From Octopus bimaculoides (taxonomy: Eukaryota), in assembly GCF_001194135.2 (NCBI RefSeq), contig NC_069005.1, positions 22,450,656 through 22,514,655 of the forward strand: 64,000 bases of DNA. The letters run 5' to 3'. Every line of letters begins with the position of its first letter. Within the stretch, counting starts at the first letter, position 1. Below, in pieces: positions 51,553-63,764 of this stretch. The translations under genes and the position numbers were made by a program. A model generated the notes under the pieces. That model saw only the letters and a program-made list of their open reading frames with translations. It did not search any database and was not told the origin of the DNA.

Positions 51553-51950
51553 TAGTAGATGAGCATTGTTATATTTGATTTCTGTACTGTGGAAATATTT
51601 GTTAACAAGACGGATTTTATAGTTGGCAGAACTCAAATAAAAAATTATGTTGTATCCTTACACTAAAAATATTAAACACACCTACCATACATTGATGAGT
51701 GTACAAAGTAGGTATAATAACATTACTGTTACCATTACTCATTTGCTATCCATAAAATAAATCAGTGTATTTAAGCACCAGTTTTAATCATCCCTTAGCA
51801 ACAATTGTAACCATCACTTAGTAACAACAGTAACTAAACACAATGAAATTGTTCCTTATCAATGAAACTATGTTCTCACAGAACTTACTATCAACAATCA
51901 AACATGGAGTGCTGCTAATTAATAACAAAAAACACAAGAGGTTTTCTTAC

Positions 51951-52054
51951 CTTTCTGACTTCAATGCAAATTCTAACATTTTTATTCTTCGTACTAAGTC
52001 TTGTTTCAAATTTTCTTGACCTTTTCGTTCCCCTTGTAAAAATGCTATCCGGGC
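51951..52054 (-). CDS. STRN3: Striatin coding exon (coiled coil), 104 bp, phase 0 to 2
   Basis: atctag|GCCCGG...GAAAG|gtaag; translates ARIAFLQGERKGQENLKQDLVRRIKMLEFALKSE(R). Confidence 0.97.
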
Positions 52055-52130
52055 CTAGATAATGAAATAAAAATGAGAGTAAATACACACAGAATACATA
52101 CAGATAAATTGAGATAAAATACTTTCTTGT

Positions 52131-52166
<36 letters not shown>

Positions 52167-53022
52167 CAGTTATTCAAACAGTACCACACAAAAAGAAAAA
52201 AATTATTACAGCACAATTTCTACCCCACCACAGAACACACACACATATAACCATACTAAAAAAACAAACTTCCTATAAAAAGTACTTCTACATGATGCAA
52301 GGCATGAGGATGTATGTTTGTCATATGTAAAGTAAGCATGATCATGTATGTGGATCTTATGTTTCATTCAGTTGGACTTTAGGTTGACTAAAACACATTA
52401 ATGAATGGAGAAAAATATGATGATAGTTAAATGGCTTAAAGTTAAATTCAACACCCTCTGTTCAATAACATAGAGCAAAAGACCAATTAAATGAAACCCT
52501 AGTCCGGATATGTAATTAGGTTTACCTTATTTATATATATATATATATATATATGACAAACATATCAGATTCTATACATGTCTAACATGAGTGTATTAAG
52601 TACTTTTTTTTATACATTTGTACTACAATAAAAACAAAACTGTATACAAATAAACACACACATTAGCCTCAAGTGGCTGAGAGGCAAAGACAATTGAGAT
52701 TTTAATTAATATGGTTAATATCTAGTGTGAACTCTTTTCCAAATTAGTTTACTGAGATATGGGTAACAGGAAGTTGCATATATATCTACACAGATGCACA
52801 TAAGCATGCACACACAATATTAAAGATTGTAACTGAGTTTAATACCACTGATTATTCAAACAGCTGGAAAAAAAAAAACAGGACCGACCGTATATAGACA
52901 AAAATATTTATAAACACATCGCATGGAACACGATATTTCCTCTCTTCAGTATCATACATATAAAATACATACGAGGAACAGAGGTGGTTTTGGTTAATGA
53001 AATTTTTATTTTAATGAATAAT

Positions 53023-53412
53023 AGGTACAGATGTGGCTGTGTGGTAAGAAGCTTGCTTCATAACTACATGGTTCTGGATTCAGTCCCACTGACAGGCAAC
53101 TTGGGCAAGTGTCTTTTACTACAGCCTCGGGTTGGCTAAAGCCTTGTCAGTGGATTTGGTAGATGGAAACTGAAAGAAGCCTGTCATATATATGTGTGTA
53201 TCTTTGTGTACGTGTTTGTCCCACACCACTGTTTGACAAATGATGTTGGTGTGTTTACATCCCTGTAACTTAGCAGTTTGGCAAAAGAGACCAATAGAAT
53301 AGGTACCGGGCTTTACAAAAATTATTAAGTACTGGGGTTGATGATTTCGATTAAAATTCTTCAAGACTGCCCCAGCATGGCCACAGCCTAATGACAGAAA
53401 CAAGTAAAAGAT
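53023..53412 (+). mobile_element. SINE family A (full length)
   Basis: Head, domain, (TG)n and tail. Confidence 0.92.
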
Positions 53413-54374
53413 ATAAAATTTTTTATTCTCCTTTAATGACCATACATTTTATCCACTATATTAAAGTTGTAATCTTTGTCTCTGAGAGAACTAATTTTTT
53501 TTATACACTTCATTTGTGGATGGATAGATGCTGATACACTATGGCAGATGTGTAACTGGATGGTTGATTGGTACAGCATATCAGATGGTGTGTGTATGTG
53601 GATGGGTGAATACTGGGTTCATACGAAATGTGTAGAAGGGAAAGATGGATGTTAGGTTCGCCATATCAGGTGTGTGTATGTGTATGTGTGTGTGTGTGTG
53701 TGTGTGTAAATCAAAGCAATATTTTACAAAAATATAGCTCTCCCCTCCCCATCCTACTACTACTACTCCTCCCCATCAAAAACAAACAAAACAAAATTTA
53801 AAGAAAGAAATTGCAGGGGTAAATAAATGAATTTGAAGTATAATTTGATCTGAGCAGCTGGCAAATGGAGGTGTCAGATGTTCTCAGCCAGTCCTATCTA
53901 AATACAACAACTGTAAACATCCTTTCAAGCAACAGGCAGACAGACAGACAGTATGTAGTAAATATGGGTGTATAGTTGTAAGTTTGGCTATCTAGTTGAC
54001 TTCACAATCAGAAGAAACCAGGTTTAATCCAAAACTGTGTGACATCTTGAGCAAATGTCTTTTGCATCTTAGGGTTGATCTCAAGCCTTCAAAGTGAGAG
54101 CTTTATTTTTGTAAAATATCGCTTTGATTTACACTCACACGCGCCTGATATGGCGAACCTAATATCCATCCTTCCCTTCTACACATTTCGTATGAACTCA
54201 GTATTCATCCATCCATCTCTCCACCTACACACACCATCTGATGTGCTGTATCAATCAACCATCCAGTTACTGCATAGAGAGAAACTGTGTGGAAGGCCAG
54301 GAGATGGACTAAACTAATAATCTAAAGTCCAGTCTCCTTACTCACAGATTCTGCCTGGGAATTGCATTAAGAAC

Positions 54375-54707
54375 AACTCTCAACCACATGGTCCCAGGTT
54401 CAGTCTCACTGCATGGCACCTTGGGCAAATGTCTTCTACTATAGCCTCAGGCCAGCCAAAGCCTTGTGAGTGGATTTGGTAGATGGAAACTGAAAGAAGC
54501 CTGTCGTGTGTGTGTGGGCATCACCCACTACTGATTGGTATTGGTGTGTTTATGTCCTCATAACTTAGGGATTCGGCAAAAGAGACCAAGAGAATAACTA
54601 CCAGGCTTAAAAAGAAAATAAGTAATGGGATTAATCAATTTGATTAAAATTCCCCAAGGCCGTGCTCTAGCATGGCCACAGTCTAATGACTGAAACAAGT
54701 AAAATAT
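54375..54707 (+). mobile_element. SINE family A
   Basis: B box onward to the tail gaaacaagtaaaa. Confidence 0.9.
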
Positions 54708-55602
54708 TAAAAGATTACGTGCAACTGGAATACTCAGCCATTTATATGCTCCTTGAGTAGGTAGTTCAGTTGACTGAACCATTGGAACAGTCACTGTTGA
54801 AACCAACCTAAAGCCATTAATTTTCTCTCTCTCTCTCTCTCTCTCTCTCCGTGTGTGTGTGTTTTTCACCTGTGTGCACCGATGTACGTTAATGAGAAAA
54901 ACCAACAGAGCAAATCATTCAATCAAAAAGCATTTCGTGCTATATATTCTGCATGCATTTCTCATACACCTTCTTGTCATCGTAAGTGCAATAAACCAGC
55001 GATTAGTCTTATGGAAACCTGCAACCAAATGATGCTGTTGTTCACAAAAATACAGGGATTTATAACAAGAAGGAGAAAAAAACAGAAAGAAAGAAAAACA
55101 GAGGAGATAACTATGCAAAGATCTAGAGCTGAAGAAAAATCTTCAACCATTTTGTGACTATATTTCTAATCAAACATGCCATCAATATGTTTATTTTCCA
55201 AAACTAAATCAAGAATTTGGAGAGATTTAGTAACATAAAAACATCAGATTGATCAGATGTTTGCTTCATGAGTTAGCGTAAATGTTCTTAACAAAATTAT
55301 AAGTTTTAATTTTAAATATGAACCATTTAAAATAAGAGACATTATATCATATAACCAGATGCTGGGTAACCTCAGGTGTGTTGCAATAGAAAGGGTTAAG
55401 CAACCCTCTTTTTTTTTCCTTAAAACTTTATTTTACAATTCTTAAAACCTCATTGAGTCCCTTCCCTCATACCTAACAGCAGGATAAGGACAATATCCTG
55501 GTATATTGACTTTGATGAACAGACTGCTGTAATTGGTGCTGTTTGTTTAGCTTTATTTAGTTAACATGAATTTTAATTAATAATACAATGATTATTTATT
55601 AG

Positions 55603-55898
55603 GGTGTATGGCCTAGTGGTTAAGGTGTTGCATTCACAATCACGTGATCATGGTTTTAATTCCTAGACCAGGTGGTGCTTGTGTTCTTGAGTAAAACACT
55701 TCATCTCATGTTGCTCTATGATCACTTGTACACCCAACATGTGGTACATCATGCACCTGTACAGGAAATGTCAATTTGATGGCGGGATTGAGCTAATGTA
55801 CATCACATACATTTCATCACTATAAACAAATCATTTGTGCAGGTCATTCAGCTAAAGCTGAACGCTCATAGGTTGTCTTCAAAAGGAGAGTCCATCAT
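55603..55898 (+). mobile_element. tRNA-derived SINE, family F
   Basis: gggtgtatggcctagtggttaagg (A box)...tgtgttcttgagtaaaacacttc; homologous to 14255-14530. Confidence 0.8.
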
Positions 55899-56397
55899 TT
55901 AATTATATAAACAAATGCAGTAAATTTTACACCCTACAGAGAACTATTTATTTTTGGATGTTGCTCTTTCACTGCACAACACTAAAATCAGCATGTGTGT
56001 GCATGTGTGCACACACGCTTTCTTAAGTGGAAGTGAAAATGCAGAAATAATATACAATTGTGTATGTTAATGATCTATGTGTATATACTTATTGGTACAG
56101 GTATATATAAGCACTCATACAACAGTATATACATGTACTAAGGTGCTTGTAAATGCATGCATACACAAGAGCACATGCACAAAACTGACATATGCTTGAA
56201 TAGACAGATGCCTAAGTACTGTGCTCCAGCACATGCACATGAGGATACAACCCCTCACCCTCTGATCATGTGCAGATCTGTAAGGGCACAACCTGCCCCT
56301 TCCTCATATCCCTCCTATCGCTCTTTATCATCTCATTTCTTCACCTTCTGTCTCAGACAATGAAATACTAAGCAGTTGCAGTCATTTTGTGAATATG

Positions 56398-56433
<36 letters not shown>

Positions 56434-57264
56434 GCGCGCATGCATGCACGCATGCTTGCTTGTACATGCACAAATTACATTATATAAAAATAACTGTCAT
56501 ATTACAAAAATGAAAAATAAAAACACATCGAACTCTTCTTTTCGCATTCGATTCTTTATTCAGCTAATGGTTCTTCGCTGACTTTGATATGATTTGAACT
56601 CAGAATGCTGTTGATAAACATGGGCTAACACAAACATAAAATCTAAATCCATATCCATGTCCACTGCAACCAGAGTAACTAGCAACACAATCTTTAATCT
56701 TAATCCATACCTATTACCTACTGTGACCAGATTAACTGCCATTATACTCATAAATATCAATATACGAGACATTAAAATAGCTAGTTAATGTAATTAAAAG
56801 TGTAAGGAATTTCAAAGCCTAATTAATAGTCATCACCTTTTAAAGGTGATAAAACAAGTACCATTACACACACACAAACACAGCTAACCAACTAAACACT
56901 TCCCTCACTACAAAAATTAATCTTGTGACCACAATCAATTAGTCATGTAATAATGAATTTTTCCTTTTTTTATAAATTAGGCAAACAAGCAATCAATCAT
57001 TTATGGAATGCAGTGGTAGATAAACATGTGTTTCTCTCAGCCAATGACATTGCTTCAGCCTTCATGTTTGAAACAGAGCTGCACATAGTCTCCCTCATCG
57101 TAGAGCATAAATAACTGATGAAAGGTACTTAATTATTAATGCAGAATGGATAAGGTAATAAGCTGAGTCAGTATTTTTGTCTAAGTAAAAAAAAAAAAAA
57201 AAAATCTAAACTAATGAAAATACCAAACCCAGCATTAACATTAACAGCTGCTTGCTTGGTTATG

Positions 57265-57480
57265 GCTGGGGTTATCCCAGGTTAGTGGTCTCAGAGATGT
57301 CATCATGTGTAGAGCTGACCAGGTCTACCAGTGCTCTCCAATGCCGACAGTCCTGTGCCAGCCCCTCTGCATCCTCTAAGGTGACAGTGAGCCTCTAGAA
57401 ATATTCATTAATCCCATTCAAGCCATCTGGGGCAGGACCTGCCACAAAGCCTCTTTTAGCCTGCAACTTCTGTGTCGAAC
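57265..57480 (-). mobile_element. Repeat homologous to 43770-43950 (RTE-like 3' end)
   Basis: Shared atcccaggttagtggtc.cagagat.tca.catgtgtaga.ctgaccaggtctaccagtgctctc. Confidence 0.7.
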
Positions 57481-57769
57481 AAGAGTAAACAATATCAATA
57501 CCAGATATGGTCAGAGCCAATGAGAGGGCCTCCATGTGGTAACTCCATGTGTTAGAAATAGCAGCCAAATTTCACTGAAGAGACACCCAGCCATCTTAAG
57601 AAAGTTCTAACAGAGTCCTAGATATAATGACACCATAATGGCAGGGAAGTAGGGTGACCACAGAGGAGACACTAAAATGATAAGCAATAAAAATTTTGTG
57701 CAGTGTTTCAGAAGAAATTCTTCTTCTTCTTCTTCTTTATCACTACTGCCACCACTATCATCACTTCAT

Positions 57770-57930
57770 GTCCATTTTCCATGCTAGCATGAGTTGGACA
57801 GTTTAACAGAAGCTGGCCAGCTGAAGAGCTGCCTGGGCTCCATGTCTGTTTTGGCATGATTTCCACTGCTGGATGCCCTTCCTCATACCAACCACTTTAC
57901 CAGGTGTACTGAGTGCTTTTATGCAGCACC
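57770..57930 (-). mobile_element. RTE LINE 3' end (family C)
   Basis: ttttccatgctagcatgagttggacag...ctggatgcccttcctcataccaaccac. Confidence 0.85.
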
Positions 57931-58404
57931 AGCAAAGACACTTTTACAGAAATAGTTAGGAAAAATACCGAAGCTTATACTTTGTCTCCACATATAGCCA
58001 TTTCACTGTCCAAAAAAAAAAAAATACATTACCAATTTCTTACAAAGAGAAAAAGTACTGCTCTTTGTAAGATAAAATTTACCACAAAACTTAGTATTGC
58101 CCTGCATGAATGGCTATTTGCAATGACTGCCAAAAGAAAAAAAAAAACATCTTACTGAAGTACATAAAGCAGTCGTTTATAAAAAAACATCTTTATAGAG
58201 AGTTCCTACTTCTTCTCCATTAAAAACTTCAAGCGAAGTAATAGCTGCTTTTCCTATGGGACTTTGGCATGCTGCCACTTCTGTTTGGGTTAATGGAAAC
58301 ATTTTAAATGCTTTGGTATTTATAAGAACTGTATGACGTTAGAGTCATACACTTCTTATATGTGTATGTATGTGCGTATATAAACATTATAAATGTGTTA
58401 TGTG

Positions 58405-58445
58405 TAGAAATATATATATACAAGTATGTGTGTGCATATATGTGT

Positions 58446-58498
<53 letters not shown>

Positions 58499-58515
58499 GT
58501 GTGTGTATGCATACA

Positions 58516-58549
<34 letters not shown>

Positions 58550-58556
58550 TGCATGC
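58405..58556. repeat. (TA)n/(TG)n microsatellite
   Basis: Direct reading. Confidence 0.97.
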
Positions 58557-59423
58557 ATACACATAGTGCACATGCATATAAATTACATTAGCACTATTTT
58601 AAGTTTGTTATAGTTTTACTTAAATTGCGATGAGAAACAGTTGCCAGGAATCAGAACCATTTTATTCGTCTAAAACATTCTACCTAAGTATTCAGAGCAT
58701 AATTGTAAATATCCACATTTACTGCAAATGACAGGCTTCCAGTCTTCCACTACCATAAGTACATCATAATGTACAAGGACTGGAAGTGGTAAATAATGAT
58801 TTCTGCAGCTTTTACCGGATTAAAGATTTAGTCTTTCCAGTGCTTTTCAAGGCCCTTTTTGAGAGACAAAGAAATTCAAAGAGATGTAGTCATGATTTCT
58901 TCTTCAATAAGCAGATCAATATTGGATTCCTTCAGCTCATATACTTGTTGAATGCAACTTCTCGGCATGTCACTGCAGCTATCATTGACAGAACATTCAT
59001 CAGAGCTCGTTTGCGTCAAACTTTTCAACAAATCAAAATCACAGCAAACACTAATTGGACTCTCTTCAACAAAACCAGAGTTTGATTGATTACCTATGGA
59101 GCTCAGATTTCTAGATGAGACTATTTTCAATCAAGATTGTGTCAATCCAACCATCTTGGTTTTTGATATTAGGAGCATAATGCTGACTAGCATCATTAAG
59201 TTTAACTGGATTGATCTTTAGCTTATACAAAGATAAAACTGTCTGTATGAAACTTAAGAGAAGAGAAGTGTTTTCTATTTTCATATCCTAGATAACAAAT
59301 AGATGTTTGGTAGAGAAGAGAACTGTCATATCTTAATGTAATGTTAAGTTCTTTGATAATTGAAATACACTGAACCAAGTTCCAAATAATTTTCAGAACT
59401 TAGCTCAATATATTTCAGTTAAA

Positions 59424-59625
59424 GGTGGTGAACTGGTAGAATCGTTAGCATGCTGGGCAAAATACTTAGCAGTGTTTCATCTGTTTTTACGTTGTGTCTT
59501 AATGCCACCAGAGTCAACTGTGCTTTTCATTCTTTAGGGGTCGATAAAATAAGTACCAGTTGAGCAGCAAGGTCAATGTAATCAATTTAGCACCTCCTCT
59601 GAAATTGCTGGCCTTGTGCCAAAAA
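59424..59625 (+). mobile_element. SINE family B
   Basis: ggtggtgaactggtagaatcgttagc...ggggtcgataaaataagtaccag. Confidence 0.88.
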
Positions 59626-60384
59626 CTGAAACTGATGTTTCAATTGCTCCTTAATAATTTTGCTAACAACAATAACCATCAACACTGCATGAACTCCTTT
59701 GATATAGTTGTTGGATATTATGTCATTAGTCACTCTTTGAAAAGAGCTTATGGCATTAATTACTCCAAAGGGGAACAATGTAGACTTGAATAAGCATCTA
59801 TCAACTGAAAACGCAGTTTATCTCTATTCATCATTATGGAGTGGAATCTAATGGTATGCAGCTTTCAGATCCAGTTTGTAGATTCTATCTAGGAGACCTT
59901 CAATGTTAGCAAGTAGATAAGCATCTAGAAAGCAGAAGTGATTTATCATTAGTGAATAGTCAATGACAAATGTTTGCCTGTTTCTTACAATGGCCACTGG
60001 TTATCACCATAGAGAGACTGAGGACTGAATAATAATACCATTATCATGAAACCATTTAGTGTCTTAATGTAGATTTCATTAAGTGAAGAAAGGCAACAAG
60101 ATTTAATAGCAACTGATCATTGCAGAGGTGAGAAAAATACAAAGCAGAATGACCAACAGGACAAAATCAAGCAACATTTAAAATTATCTGATGATTCTTT
60201 GAGATGAAATGTAACAGAGTTGAGTCATTTAAGAAAATCTCAGAATTATAGAACACAAATTAGGTTTTTTAAAAAAAAATTTGAGATTCACAAAAGTGAA
60301 GAAGCAGTGTTTCTATTGGGTTGCTAGAATTGTCCTGGTAACTCAAGAGAAACACCGAGATATTGGGAGTGAGAGATTTTAATC

Positions 60385-60648
60385 CGACACTTATTTTATT
60401 GGTCTATTTTGCCAAACTACTCAGTTACAAGATGTAAGCAAACCAATACTGGTTGTAAACTGGTGGGGGACAAACACAAACACACATAAAGCTTCCACGT
60501 AGTTTCCACCTACTAAATTCACCCACAAGGAATTGGTTAGCCTAGGGCTACAGTAGAAGACACTTGCCCAAAATACCATGCAGTGGGACTGAACCTAAAA
60601 GCTCATGGTTGCAAAGTGAGCTTCTTAACCACACAGCCATGCCTGTGC
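60385..60648 (-). mobile_element. SINE family A
   Basis: Reverse complement match. Confidence 0.85.
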
Positions 60649-61525
60649 CTGCAGAAACTTTTTCTATTCATTTCTTTGATATGCTTCAGACAAAAAAAAA
60701 AAATCAAACTTTTAGCAGTTGATCTAAGTTCTGTTGGACAAATAGAATGGACATGATAGAGAGCAGTACAAAAATACCATTTTCATTCGTAGGTGGAATT
60801 GTTCATGGCATCAACAGTATACTCACTACTAAAGGAGATGGATTATTTTGGCTACAGTTCCATATAATAGACCATTGAAAGGGCAGGATAATCACTGCTA
60901 AATTCTCTGAGTAGCTTCCAAAGAATGAGCTTAGGTGATTAACTGTTCCTAATTCAATAAAGGGTTTTCAAAGCTACCCGTGTTACAAACACATGCTGTT
61001 GTTTACATCGATGTTTCCATTGACTTTTCATGTTTTTATAGTCACTACTTATTACCATCGACTACTTATGTTTAGCTGTGTTTCATTATCAAGTTTTTGT
61101 TGCATTTCCATATTTTGTAGTTACATTCATAACTGAATGGGGCTTCATAGAAATCTCTCTTAATCCTTTCACTAAGCCTAAAATTACTTCTAATGATCGG
61201 CAAAGTGGGAACTTATAAAGAACTATTTGAATTCTACCATAGGATAGTAAAATCTTTCCAATTTTGAGATATTATCAACTGAAAGAGAGTTGTTGAAAAG
61301 CATTGCTTTTAATGAAGTGACACAAGTTTACAGCTTCGAGAGCAAAGAAAGAGAAACCCTGAATTGGTCAATTATGCTTGTGTATTTGCTCCTGCTTATT
61401 CTTAGGATATTATTTCATTTGTGGGTTCATGTCCACATGCATTTGTCTACAAGGCCTACATTACTTGAGTCATTATATTCATTCAAGGGGGAGATATTTA
61501 CAAGTCTGAAATGTCTTATGCTTAA

Positions 61526-61648
61526 CACTTTAGCATTCAGATTATTCTGTCAAATGTTTGGTGGGTGTGAGAGGCTGGATCTGGCCAGTTTGAACATAAA
61601 GCAAGTAGAATATTTGGGCTGGATATGGCCAGATTAAATGTTGAAGGG
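61526..61648. mobile_element. piggyBac-like MITE family 1, internally deleted, 123 bp
   Basis: TTAA|CACTTTAGCATT ... AATGTTGAAGGG|TTAA. Confidence 0.85.
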
Positions 61649-61919
61649 TTAAAAAACAGAGTAAACAATATCAATAATCAGCAGCAGTCACTGCTGCCAC
61701 TGGCAAACTTTCAGTGGAACTATATTTCCATTCACTTTTCAATTGTCGACAATATTTGTCAATTACAACTCTCAATGCAAGTGTCACTATTCACTTCTGT
61801 TGACAGGAGGTGGGGATTACATTTACATCACGCAGAGCAAAGCACCCAATGAGCGAAATATCCTGCTAACCCGCCATCCTGAACAGGTTACATATGGCAT
61901 AGCCAAAAGTCTGTCTGTG

Positions 61920-62032
<113 letters not shown>

Positions 62033-62602
62033 TCCTTCAGGTACTCTACTGTTGCATGATTTCCAAATTCAAAGCACTATGAAGGAATGCATGCAATTTC
62101 TGGGCTTTTTGTTGTTTTTTTTACTTTTGATTTAAATTCATTCTCATTATTTTATAGAATTTGTTTTAATAAGATAAACATAAATAGATCTATTTAATGA
62201 AAAGGACATACATATTCATACATATACACATGTATGAATTTGAGCTCAAGAAGACCTGTCAAGCCAAGTGAAACCAAAGTTGTGGCTGATAGCACGTAAC
62301 AGGTACCCACAATGTTTAATTACTGATTGTTAATCTAAATCAATTTTGTTTAAAAAAGAAATTAATTTAGAATATAATTGTGATAATAGGAGCAATTAAT
62401 TGCATGTAAAAGTAAAGCTCTATATCAAATGCGAGGTTAATGAATTTGCAAATCTTTAGGTAAAGCTATGGGAACAGTAATTTTCAATTACACTTTATTT
62501 TAAAACAAATTTACAAGATGTAAAAAGTGACGGGCATTGCATGGCTAATCCATTAACGTATGGTGAGTAACAACAAAATTCAACATTAAAAATTAACTTT
62601 GT

Positions 62603-62765
62603 GCATGGCTGTTGTGTGGTTAAGAAATTTACTCAACAACTGTATGGTTTTAGGTTCAGTCCCACCACATGCCATCTTGGGCAAGTGACTTCTACTAAAG
62701 CCTCAGGGAGTTCAATAAATGCTTTTGAGAGTGAAATATAATATGGTAGACAAAAACTGTGTGAG
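62603..62765 (+). mobile_element. SINE family A head
   Basis: gcatggctgttgtgtggttaag...ggttcagtcccac..cttgggcaagtg. Confidence 0.8.
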
Positions 62766-62863
62766 TGCCCTTGGTATATGTATATATTCTTTTATTCTTT
62801 TATATGTTTCAGCCCTAAGGCTGTGGCCATACTGGAGCACTGCAAGGGGAAAATATAACTAGC

Positions 62864-62935
62864 CTCCCTGGTGAAGAATTGAACCTCAGTTTCCTGTGTG
62901 ACAGGCAGGGATACATACCACTATACTACTGAGGA
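62864..62935 (-). tRNA. tRNA-Asp(GTC), probably a pseudogene (CpG-decayed)
   Basis: 72 nt TCCTCAGTAGTATAGTGGTATGTATCCCTGCCTGTCACACAGGAAACTGAGGTTCAATTCTTCACCAGGGAG. Colinear with metazoan tRNA-Asp; intact D arm and GTC anticodon; two acceptor-stem mismatches and one anticodon-stem mismatch; TTTT about 11 nt downstream. Confidence 0.85.
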
Positions 62936-63159
62936 CCAGCTCCATGTGTGTACATGCATACCTATATACACCTCTCAACAACAGGTGTTTACTTATTTAC
63001 ATCCAATAACTTAGCTGTTAGAGAAAAAGGGTCTGATGGTGAAAGACCCATAACCCTGTACAACCTCCAGGAACATCACTGACAAAACATTCTAGAGCAT
63101 TTGTGAATATATTTTGCAGACATTATTACATTCAATAATATATTCTTTCTAATTTTGGC

Positions 63160-63352
63160 AACAAGGTCAGCAATTTTAAGGATGGAGTGGTGGGAGGTGG
63201 CATTCAATTACAGCAACTGCAGTCCTTGACTGATATTTATTTTATCAATGCTAGAGGAATGAAAAGCAAAGTTGACCCCAGCAGAATTTGAATTCAGCAT
63301 AAGTTGAAAGAAATGCCTCAAGGTATTTCGTCCAATGCACTAACAATTCTGC
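63160..63352 (-). mobile_element. SINE family B, decayed
   Basis: gaggaatgaaaagcaaagttgacccc.gcagaatttgaattcag...ctaacaattctgc. Confidence 0.8.
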
Positions 63353-63764
63353 AACCAGGGTGACACTAAACAGAGTGATGCCAATACACAGCAATACACT
63401 AGATTTGAAAACAAGACAGGATGGTCACAGCTGGAATACTTTTGATAATGTCTGCTTGATCAAGGACAATCTAGAGCTAAACAACAGTGATGCACAGACA
63501 CAGAACATAACGAGGAGCTGTGAAACTGACACCAAATCATCTATTAAGGTATTGTTAAAAGCTGAAATACCGGATAGCCAGCCGATGGAATTTACTCCTA
63601 CCTTCAATTTCATTGTTTCAAAATTTAACTAAACAAAAAGAAAATGCCCTTTTACTTAATATTTTACAGCATTATTATTTCAGTTAAAAACTAATCCTGG
63701 GTGTAAATGACTGAATTTCAGCCTGCTAGCTTTTGTCAGAATAATTTAATAAATATGTACTCAT

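Larger units (their letters stand above)
257..52054 (-). other. STRN3: Striatin-family gene (STRN3/SG2NA-like, Drosophila cka orthologue), partial: six internal coding exons; first exon and WD40 exons outside the window
   Basis: Hand-spliced exons give one open frame of 645 nt/215 aa: ARIAFLQGERKGQENLKQDLVRRIKMLEFALKSER-AKYHKLKYGTDLNQDELKPPAFDKKNE-DDQLGDGESLTSNNTAWRQGRQLLRQ-YLHEIGYTDTIIDVRSAKVRSLLGL...-PPSKV...SVLATLDFL...-DENEDG...KFK. It matches the striatin coiled-coil and CaM-binding motifs; ARIAFLQ and DVRS..VRSLLGL are closest to STRN3. Introns are 17191, 15335, 5603, 11097 and 1927 bp. Confidence 0.95.

Noticed and set aside
56560-56772. 70-aa hydrophobic minus-strand ORF
   Set aside because: No family match and no splice signals; likely a chance ORF in AT-rich DNA
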